NCBI RefSeq assembly: GCF_964355755.1
Contig: NC_092672.1
Location: forward strand, 23,449,237-23,513,236
Reading direction: 5' to 3'
DNA from: Antedon mediterranea
Lineage: Eukaryota; Animalia; Echinodermata
Length of the DNA stretch: 64,000 bases
The notes below the pieces were generated by a model. That model had not been told where the DNA came from and made no database searches. It saw nothing but the letters and a program-made list of their open reading frames with translations. Both the position numbers and the translations under genes were made by a program. Below, in pieces: positions 49,301-61,300 of the stretch. Numbering within the stretch: position 1 is the stretch's first letter; the number at the start of each line of letters is the position of its first letter.

Positions 49301-52300
49301 AAATATGTCTGATAATCAAAAAAAAATATCTTGCATATATTATAAGTTACATTTTCAACAGAAGTAAAAAATAAATTAGGAAGCAATAATTTGAGTGATC
49401 TTGCAGATGTTTATTTGATTTATTTCAGCATCATAAAAAACAATTTACAGATAAATTATAATTAATATAATGTACAGGAAACAAAATATTGAAGCATCAA
49501 CAATATACAAAAACAGGGATGATGAGGATAACCCATAAAAGGTCATGAGGTAATTCAATATTGAATATCGAAACGTGGCAGGCTGAAGGCGCTTGACCTT
49601 TGACAAGATCGCCTAAATTTTTAATATATTAACTTTACAATACTTAGTGTTGTATATTCTGGTACAGCCGCTCCATAATCTCTTTGCTTTTTTTCCTTAT
49701 ATCTATATTTTTTAATTTATACTAACAAATATCTTTTTATTAATATAATAATAATAATATATCAAAAATTTATTAAATAATATTCATCGCATAATATGCA
49801 ATCTACGATAATTTAATTAATTGATATAACAAATAGGCCTATATTAAATACATAACATCATTGGAATAAAAAGAACAAATCACATATCTACACATAATCA
49901 TAACATTGTATACTCTATCTCTAACAATTTATTCAATCTTCTATCAACTAAAGCCGAAGTATAGTCGTTATCTCGGGACCGTTCTATGGCCACCACCAGG
50001 TAGGCTTACTTCATTAAGGCTTCTATGAATGGATGTACTGGTTGGGAGCAGGAACGCTAGTAGACCAAACCCAGTACCGTTTTGATTACGATCAATCGGG
50101 AAATTACCTCATGACCCATAAAGTCCTTGGATAAAGAAAGCAAAAACAACAACAAAGCAAAAAACCTATCTAAATTCTAAAGCATGAAGGTATTTTTTTA
50201 ATTGATATTCCATACTAAATTCATCAAGATTCTAAATTAAGTTTTGAATGAGTTTCAACTTTCATGATTCTGTACCTTAAATTTTGATACCACTGTAGTA
50301 GTCTTTTTGCCTTTTGTTTTACTTGGACTCTGAAAGAAATCTATATATAAATTTACGTAAGGGCAAAATTCGGTAAATCGCGCCTTACTTCTAGAATTTT
50401 TACTCGATGGTATGTAAAGTTGGTTCGTACTTTCGGTACTGATTTTAACCACCTGATGTAACCCTGTTTACTAATTAAATTAAGTTAGATAATTAGTTAT
50501 TGACGATTAAAACGAATTTAGGTTCAACAATTTGCCCCAAATAGGGGTGTTTTCCGATCGTGGTATACACTGTCTATGGATGTCCATCTTGAAAAATACC
50601 CGCCACAAAAATGCGAGGAGGCTTCGCATTTTCCTATCTCCTCCTACGATAATTGTTTTTAATAGCTGAAAACCGATTGAACAGTTGAGTACAGCATCAT
50701 AATGTTGAAGACAGGCCGATTTTCTTTAAAAAATACTATTTTGATACATTTAATATACGTTTTTACAAATGTATTGATTTGTGATGAATGGAACATTCCA
50801 AATTATTTGGTTTCACCATACAGGTATAGATTTAGATTTATGGGCCCCCTTGGAGAATAACCATAAATAGTATTGCAATGCTGTACAATACTGTTAAGGT
50901 ATTAACCACTTTTGATCGCAATTTGAATCGCAAATTTCTTACTGTGAGTGTTGGTACTGTTAGATGTAATATAAAAATATATACAAATAAACTTTATTAC
51001 TGTGAGTGTGGGTAGGCCCTACTGTTAGATTATAAACATATAATATACAAATAAATAAACGTTATTACTGACAGTTGCTTCTCAACGTTTGTATTAATTA
51101 ATAATTTAAAAATATATAAACGTCGTAGTGGTGTATCGTTACATGTACTTTACTATTTCAATCGACTATGACAGTGAGAGTTTTAACAAAGTACCGTATT
51201 AAATCGTAAATGTTTTACTGTATTTAGTGGTATATTATTTATAGGCCTATAAAACATTAAAAACAATATTTCGTTACTGAGTGGATAAGAATATATTTTA
51301 AAATGTTTCCTCTTTGTACCTATCTTCTTCCCCCATCCCTCAACCCTTAATGTTACATACAAAACACAAATTGGGTTTGTTTAAATGAGTCCAAATAAAA
51401 AAATTTGACTCATTTTGTTTCTCTCTCGGAAGTAATTCCCAGGGTGCTAATTTTGGTTGACTACATAAATCATTGTGTATATTTATTCGTTTCTGTAAAC
51501 GACAATGTATTATAGTCGGGATATGACCGGTTGGGCCGCCGACAAGTTGAGCCGCCGGTAATTTCTATGAAACGCCCAGTGCGTCTTTTACGACATTTCG
51601 CGTAGTGATAGAGGGGTGTCCTAGTACATAAGTTCATGGTCTTTAGGTTTATTGTGTCATGAAAATAAATAATAATTACATACTACAATTTTGTTGGTTT
51701 GAACAGCCATAACAACACAGCAAAGGAAAGTAGTCATATTTAATAATTTAATTGTTTTTAATCTTTCAAATCTTTCAAATTCTTTCAAGTGCAGTGCACT
51801 CCATAATATTTTTCTCGCGTAAAATCATGTTGTCTCTCAGGACTAAGAGTATTGATACTCTTCGAATGAGGTTAAATAATAATTATTTTTTATCTACTAT
51901 CTTTTAATATCATATTTTATTGAATTTTACAATGTTAATAAAAAAAATATTTTACTAAAAAACGGTGATTTTATCCAATTATTTTACCGAAAAATGGAGT
52001 AGGCATAGTTCATACAACTGCCGCCTAAGGGGGCAACATGTTTACGTCATTTTTGGCTAAAAACGATCATTTTCGGTCATGTTTTAGGCCTTATATTTTG
52101 GAATCTACAAGTCAGATATTCATAATTATTTCTCTTTAATTATAATATTTAATAATATATACTAAAAACCGTGATATATGAACTTTGGAATATATATCGT
52201 TATATCTAATAATTAATATAAATAGAACTTCTATTAAATAGAAACGAGCACCGGCGAAAGTAAGCATTTGGCGTTTCATAGAAAATAACGTTTTTCTGGC

Positions 52301-55300
52301 GGCGGCTCAACTTGTCGGCGGCTCAACTTGGCCTAATCCTTATAGTCCTGCGGTATACGTACATTTGAAATCTCCATTTTTTTCTCGCTGGAAATACTGT
52401 GTATTCGAGAACCATCTGTGGACACGACCTAGATGGTACGCGAGCGAAGCGAGCGTGCCATCTAGTTCATAAAATTAACATATTTTAGGTTAAACAGAAC
52501 TATTGACATAACTGACAAGATGCAAAGGCATTATAAATATCACATATTTATTCGGCATTGTTCTTTGTTTAAAAGTTTCAGTGTTAGTATGGTGTTACTA
52601 CAGTGTTAGTATGGTGTTACTACAGTGTTAGTATGGTGTTACTACAGTGTTAGTATGGTGTTACTACAGTGTTAGTATGGTGTTACTACAGTGTTAGTAT
52701 GTTGTTACTACAGTGTTAGTATGATGTTACTACATTGTTAGTATGGTGTTACTACATTGTTAGTATGGTGTTACTACAGTGTTAGTATGGTGTTACTACA
52801 GTGTTAGTATGGTGTTACTACAGTGTTAGTATGGTGTTACTACATTGTTAGTATGGTGTTACTACATTGTTAGTATGGTGTTACTACATTGTTAGTATGG
52901 TGTTACTACATTGTTAGTATGGTGTTACTACAGTGTTAGTTTGATGTTAGTATGGTGTTACTACATTGTTAGTTTGATGTTAGTATGGTGTTACTACATT
53001 GTTAGTTTGATGTTAGTATGGTGTTAGTATAGTGTTACTATGGTGTTTAAAAACAAATGATAAGATCAATCACCTGTAAACTGGTAACATTAGCATCAAC
53101 TAATTGTTGCAGAAACTTCTTGCTGCTAATTTTAAGCAAATCTACAAGTTCTGCTGGAATACCATCCTAAAAACATCAAATGATACACAATAGATTAATT
53201 AGTAAATGAACATTCACCTGTGTACACTGCACATCAAATCTAATGAGCAAATATAATGTAATAGCAATATAAGGTTTCCATTCGAAGTAAATATTATAGG
53301 GATACTCGGAAAACAAGCCATGGTAATAGGGCAGGAGGGCAAGTTGGTAAATTGATTGTTCGTTAACTTGATGAAATTGTAATATTGGAGAGCATATGTG
53401 GTTAAATAGGTTGAAACAATGGAATGAATAAATTCTAGGTAATCTAGCATTTTTGTATTTGAGGATCATATAGAATGCGTTCACGGTTATACGCTTAACA
53501 CGCTGCATTGTGTATTGTTCTCACGCAGATAGGCTCAACACAGGCATATAGCACTGTGTACTGCGTAGGGCATATCTGATTGGTCGATTGAAAGCCGCTA
53601 TTTTGTTGGTTCCCTCTCCATGGAGAATCACCTTTTGAACTGCGATAACTTTGTAGTTTGACATCTAGCCTTCGGCTATATAATATCATTGTATTAAACA
53701 AATATAAACTATTTGACTGTTGACCATTGTTTTTATTAATGACAGGCTAACCTTTAATTTGTTCCTAGACACATGTTGTATTCTAAAGTTGATAGTTAAA
53801 TTGTCCGGTCCTTCCTCCTTGATCTCACAACAAATTTTGAATAAATGAGCTAAAATAGTTTAGCAAAAGCAAAAGCTTTTCCAACTTAAATTGTGTATCC
53901 TCTTCTTACATAGGTGATAGAGCATTACCTATAACTACAAACAGCCATTGATACATTTTCCTGTGGTATTTATTTTCAATTATAAGATTATGAGAAATAA
54001 GTTTAAACGAAGCAGATGCACTATTCCATAATTGTAATGCTTTGAGAAACTATTTATGAACTTCTAACCCCCTTTTTTTGAATGTGAATATACTGTAAAA
54101 CTGCCTTTCAGTTTTAAGTATATTACCTTATTCTTTTCAATTAGACCATCCACTTGGTACGTAACTTTCTCTGCATAGTGATGCACAACAAAAGCTGGTG
54201 ATGTCACTGATATGTGTGCACGAGATAAGCTTGCACTGATGATGGTGTCATGAAGAAACTCACAAAATGAACTTGGATCTGAATGTCTGTTTAACTTGCA
54301 TTGCTATAAACAAGATAAACTTGCAATTAGTTCATAGAAAGTAAATGACATAATAACATGATTGTGATCCTTCACCACTAAGCACAACAACTTGTAGATT
54401 GCAACCAGTTGTGGTGCTACTGTACTTTTGCACCTAACTCACTGGGCAAAAGGTCACCCACCATCACTGATGTGCAGTAGGTGAATATTTTTAAATTGGG
54501 GTTAAGCTTGAGGTGCAAAAGTACATCAGAACCAGGTTTTCTAGTGTAAACTAGGCTCAAAAGTCCATTGTTTATCTTCTTACAAACGACAGTTTATTTT
54601 TATTGAAAGACAAACTATGGTTTGTAAGACAAACTATGCCTGTATGGTAAAAACCACTGTTTCTCAAAATGTCAAATTCAAAATACGAAGGAGTTATTAT
54701 TTTACGACGTACTGTACTACGATTGAGAAAGGCAAATTCTCAATACATCTTGTTTTACAGCAGTTTATCTTTCAATAAAAAGACAAACAACAGAATACAG
54801 GCCTTTTCCAACCATAATTGGCGAAAAACTATGACAATTTTTTTGTATTTTGCTGTGGAATAGCAACACTTACTTGAGTCATAAGTGCAAATATACTGAT
54901 GTTGCCTTCAATAACATCAAGACATGTTTTATTGTCAGTAAAGTCTTCAAATTTCCATGGAATTCCCTCAGATTGACAGTCATCCTAAAATAATATAAAC
55001 ATGGCTGTTTAATCAGCAGTATAATTATGTTTATAAAGGTTCATCATTATCACTGTTAGAGAAAAAAAGTGAATGATAATTCTCATCAACTTTAATTATT
55101 ATTGTTATCTTAATTATTTTATATTATATTATAATTATACTAGTATTTTGATATTTTTTTTACAAGATTCGTTTGATATAAACTAAAAGAAGTGCCATAT
55201 TATTTTTCTTCATTTTTTTTTTAAATAAAAGAACTGTTGTTATTATCACTCTAATAAAACACCGTAGCACCAACTGTATATTAGCATACTCTATATATAG

Positions 55301-58300
55301 AAAATAAGTTTGTTGGAATACCTGTTCTGCTTTGAGGAAGTTGTGCACAAAATGTTGCTGAAGCTTCTCATTTGCATAATTTATGCATAATTGCTCCAAA
55401 CTGTTAAATGAAAAACTTTCAAATCCGTAGACATCCAGTAGACCAATGTAAGACTGCCAACTCCTGGCCATGGTACAGCCATTGATGAATCCAACGAGCC
55501 AATCAAAAACTCTGAAACGTTAAACCATAATTTAGTCACAGTCTTCAAAGCTAGTTTTTTTTTTTGGTAAAACCAAAGTGGGGTTGAAAACGTTTGCATG
55601 TAAACATTTTCTTCTGTTACATACTAACTACATGACAAAGAAAGAAATTAGGTAGAAAGAAGTCGGGCCATGACAGCAAGAGAGATTAGGCAGAATAAAA
55701 ATTAAATTAAATTGACTAAGTATTAGAGTTTGCATGTATGTATGTTTATTTTGTTTTTGTGAATGTTTAAAGGTGTATGTACGATTTGCTGTGTGCAATC
55801 CGCCTCAGTGCAGCCCAGCATGCATATGGGGAAGCAAATAAAAGTTATTGGATTTGTACAACATCTTCTTTGGGTTTGTTTTGAATGTATAACAGGTCAG
55901 TAAATAAGCAAATACTGCACAACAAGAATCATTTTCAAAAGAGTAAGTAGGTTTCTTTCACTACAAACAAATATAGCTTTAATGTTTGTAAAATACCTGG
56001 CATAGAGTAACTTTGCAAGACAATCTCTCCTTGTATGACATTCATCTTTTATGCAAGGTTTCATAAAGACACTCTTTCTACGCTTGTGAGATGCAGTGAT
56101 TTGTCGGAATGCTAGACATCTAGTTAAGGCATCAACATCAAGACCAAGTAACTGTGCAGCAGCATTAACAGAGGTGTCAACTCCTGATGAAGCAACATAA
56201 ATAGTACAACAATATGATATATTGAATAATTAGTAAATTAGAAAATCTTTCTTTGGCTGAAATATTTTATCAACATTTTTTGAAGATGGAGAAAAATATT
56301 AATAAGATTGTTTAAGATTTTAAAATGACATAATTATTAACGATATTTTTTTAGATATTTTGTGACCAACCTACAATAATATTAAGGTATTCCTTATGTC
56401 CGTTTTTAGTTATTTCTCATATATTATATTATGGTAGAAATAAAAACAAATTAAAAAATAGTAAAAAGATGTATAAACTGTTGATAGAATATTATGAATC
56501 ATAAATAAACGCCAATTTACTTTAGATTAAAAATTCTAATAAAATAAAAAAGAATGAACAAACAGTATTTTAAATATAATCTATTAAAACTTAAAGGTCG
56601 CAACTACTTTAAGCTAAACTATAAATACTGTATGCAATCTTAAAGGTTGCAACTACTTTAAGCTAAACTATAAATACTGTATGCAATCTTAAAGGTTGCA
56701 ACTACTTTAAGCTAAACTATAAATACTGTATGCAATCTTAAAGGTCGCAACTACTTTAAGCTAAACTATAAATACTGTATGCAATCTTAAAGGTTGCAAC
56801 TACTTTAAGCTAAACTATAAATACTGTATGCAATCTTAAAGGTCGCAACTACTTTAAGCTAAACTATAAATACTGTATGCAATCTTAAAGGTTGCAACTA
56901 CTTTAAGCTAAACTATAAATACTGTATGCAATCTTTTTATTGGTATAATACAGAAAATAATTAAACAGCATATTAAACCTTTATATCATTTACCTTGTTT
57001 TTCAGAATCAATTTCACATGGTCCAGTAACATCATCACTAATAAACTCTACATTTCCAAGATGAAGTATACCACTTAAAACCTACAAATAAACACATTTT
57101 CAAATTCAATTCAATAATTCAAAAAATAGAATTATAACATTACTATTAGATTTATGTATAAAAAACATCAAAGTCTATTATCACTAATTTATATACTACC
57201 ATATGGTTTTCATTACCATAAATTTGTAAAAGTTGTTTTGAATCAATATACTATCATAATTGTAAAAACTAGGTAAAAGTTCACTGATGTTTACTGTCCA
57301 CATGTGCTGGATTAGTTCAACCAAGGCATCTAAACACATTGCTTTGGTTCAGTTAGTTCACTGATGTTTACTGTCCACATGTGCTGGATTAGTTCAACCA
57401 AGGCATCTAAACACATGCTTTGGTTCAGTTAGTTCACTGATGTTTACTGTCCACATGTGCTGGATTAGTTCAACCAAGGCATCTAAACACATTGCTTTGG
57501 TTCAGTTAGTTCACTAATGTTTACTGTCCACATGTGCTGGATTAGTTCAACCAAGGCATCTAAACACATTGCTTTGGTTCAGTTAGTTCACTGATGTTTA
57601 CTATCCACATGTGCTGGATTAGTTCAACCAAGGCATCTAAACACATTGCTTTGGTTCAGTTAGTTCACTAATGTTTACTGTCCACATGTGCTGGATTAGT
57701 TCAACCAAGGCATCTAAACACATTGCTTTGGTTCAGTTAGTTCACTGATGTTTACTGTCCACATGTGCTGGATTAGTTCAACCAAGGCATCTAAACACAT
57801 TGCTTTGGTTCAGTTAGTTCACTGATGTTTACTGTCCACATGTGCTGGATTAGTTCAACCAAGGCATCTAAACACATTGCTTTGGTTCAGTTAGTTCACT
57901 GATGTTTACTGTGCACATGTGCTGGATTAGTTCAACCAAGGCATCTAAACACATTGCTTTGGTTCAGTTAGTTCACTGATGTTTACTGTCCACATGTGCT
58001 GGATTAGTTCAACCAAGGCATCTAAACACATTGCTTTGGTTCAGTTAGTTCACTGATGTTTACTGTCCACATGTGCTGGATTAGTTCAACCAAGGCATCT
58101 AAACACATTGCTTTGGTTCAGAATAGTTCACTGATGTTTATAATTCTTGTTGCTTTGACCTGCTAAGTCCAACATTAGACATTGCTTACTAACTAATTAA
58201 GTAAAAGTTTCTTACTTTAAATAATTCTTGTTGCTGTGACCTGCTAAGTCCAACATTACACATTGCTTGCTTTGTAACTATAAAATTTTGTTTATCCTTT

Positions 58301-61300
58301 TGATTACATGCATCTTCTGAACGGTTTAGTTTCACATAGTTTAAGTTGTCTGAACTCAATACATTTGGTAGTAACCAGTTCCTCATTTCCCTTTTATTTG
58401 CGCCAAACAGCATCTATGATAATTTGAAAGAAGAAATGTTAATGAAATTATTAAAAAGACTAATAATGAGAATAATATAAACTAATAATATATTTCATGC
58501 TTTGATAACATTAGTAGAGTGAATGCTTTCTTGCCCTATATTACAAAATATTACAAAGTGACAATTTTGTTTCAAGATGTTTAATATCAGTACCAGAAAG
58601 ATCCTTTTCATATCTGCCTATATTGATCTGCAGACTTATTACATGTTTTCATATTTACTCACGAACCTTGTGAAATCACGGGAGAAGTATTGTCATTGTA
58701 TAGTTGATGGTGTTATCATTAGTACAATCTCAAGTTTGTGAGAAAAAAAAAGTCACGCTTCGATACTTTCAAACAGGTGTACGGTCAGTTAAATACCAGG
58801 ACAAAGCACAAATGCGCAGAACAAACACAAAAACAGGCCCCTGTGAATATCAGTAGAATTTTAACAACCTGATTACAACCAAATGGTATATGTTTGCTAT
58901 TAGCCTACTCACTTTAGAAACATGGCAACAGAAATAAATTGCAGGGTTTTCTCTAACCTGCAGAAAAAATGCAAAAGTATCACAGTTTCCAGCAGTTAAG
59001 TTAAACAGTTGGTTATCCGGTTTTAAAGACAAAAAAATGAACCTAAAAATACTAACTTGGTAAAAGATGTGAAAATTCCTGGCACCATCACATTGATAAA
59101 CTACTCTAGTTTTCTCAAGAAGATATGTCTGAATAGAAGCACCAACAACATGATTTCCACTGAAAACAAAATTGTAAAGTTAAAATAAGAATTCCTCTTG
59201 TGTGTAATTTCATTCTTCCCTGCTATGACACACAAAATTGCATATGTAGAAACTCAAAATGCATGGCCTGTATACAGTATGTTGGTTGAACATTGAAAAA
59301 TAAAAATAATGTATGAAACTTACCGACTGAATTGTAGCTGAATGTACTTTCCAAAGCGGCTACTATTGTGATTCCTGGTTGTGCTAGCATTGCCTAAGAA
59401 AATGAAATAATAGTTGTCTAACAGAGATGGAGTTGTATGGAGGTGTAGGGTACTGAGTGGCAAAAAATTATTACTGTATATATATATACTGGTGCAGATC
59501 ATCAAATATTGCCATCAATTGCAATTAATTCTACTAGTCTTAATGATACCAAATCTGCCAAAAATTAAATTTGAGCATAAAATCTCACCAAATTCATATT
59601 TAGAACATACTGTAAGTTCCCCACTGCTGATCAACAGTTTTAGCCTATATATTAGGAGTTTAAAGGATTTTGGCACCATGATTGAAGGTTAAAGATATGC
59701 TAGAATTACAAAATGTAAAATCAGTACACAAACTGCTTTAAATTATCATTTTAAATTTCATTTTACATAAGGCGTTAATCAATTTTAGGTTAGGTGTAGC
59801 TTTATTTATTTATTTTTAAATCAGTATGATTGACTTTTATATTTCAGTTTTCTCAGGGAAGAGTTAAATTACAATTTAATTTAACTCTTCCATGGTTTTC
59901 TTGTAATTTTAATGGTACACTATCATTATGCTCATTTTTATTTGGTTCTCATCTCTTTATCGACTGTTCTTATTCTATTTTTTCTTTATCTGTTGATGAT
60001 AATGATGATGAATATAGAAAATTTGATATATTGATATGATTTAAAAATGCTGATTTTGTATATTTAACAAAAATAAAGGTCCAACTTCTAGCGATCTTTA
60101 TTAGGACCATAACAGTACATAGATGTTTTTACATTTGAGAATGACATAGTGTATCTTACTGTACTTTATTAAAGATAAACATAATAATTACCAAATGCTT
60201 CAAGAATAGGATTTGAGTCTAATATTCTACGTTCAATGCAATCTGCTGGTGATGGTGTAAAACAACTATGAACAAAAAAGACAACAAGTTATCACAAATA
60301 AGTAACAAAACAGAGACAAATCTATAATTATGATGAAATAAAAACTGTAATTTTACATACATGAGAGTGTTTAATGATATTAATGTGTTTATTTTTATTA
60401 CCCAGGGTTACATACTGCCACCATTGTCAGATATTTTAGTAAACATCTTGCATTCCATGTCTGTAATAAAACAATAATAAATAACAGAGAATAACAAACG
60501 TTTTTGTATTTTCACAAAAAATATTGACTAAACTGCATTTGTGAAAATGGGTTGCCAACATTCCCTCTTTGCACGTCTGGCAAGCATTTATGTGACATTC
60601 AATAAATGCTGATTTTGTAACAGTGTCCTTTGAAACAGTAAAAACAAATTATAGCACTCTCTATTACTTGTCCATGCTTTTAGCCTCTCTATTTTTATTT
60701 ACGTTTGGGCCTCTCCATTATTTCAAAATAAACAAGAAATGGTTTTAAAGGTAAAAAATTGACTCTGATTACATTGGTGAAAACAAACGTAAAACTGAAA
60801 TTGTTGAATTACCTTTCCAGAACCACTTTCACCGCTGACAATTATTGACTGATTAATCTTGTCTAGTCTTCTAGTAAGATTACACAAAGCTGTTTCTGCA
60901 ATTCCAAATACATGTGGTGGGTGTGCCTGAAAAAAAAATAAAATAAAAAGATGTATATTCCCCAAAAAACATGAAAATGAGGATTAATAAAATCAAGCCA
61001 TTTTGCTGTTTTAAAAAAGTTATTCATTTTAAAGAAATAAAAACAAACAAATATAGTGTTTTTACTTTAAAAAAAAACAAAATTAATGGTTAAACTTAAC
61101 CAAATGTTAAAAAATTACAGTTTTTCAGGTAAATAATGTTTTTTTTTCCAATTTTTGGTCAAAGTGAATAACTACAGTATTATGTGACATAAAATAGCAT
61201 ATTCAGCAAAACAATTATCTTTTCAGAGGAGCTCTGCATATATCTCTAAGTTCTCACTTCTAAGTGCAACTGAGGACATATTAATATTTTTGCCCAATAT

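Noticed and set aside
57279-58140. Regular arrays (also 31416-32037, 37405-38003, 56590-56935) as CRISPR arrays
   Set aside because: Units are head-to-tail with no unique spacers, there are no cas genes, and the context is eukaryotic intron
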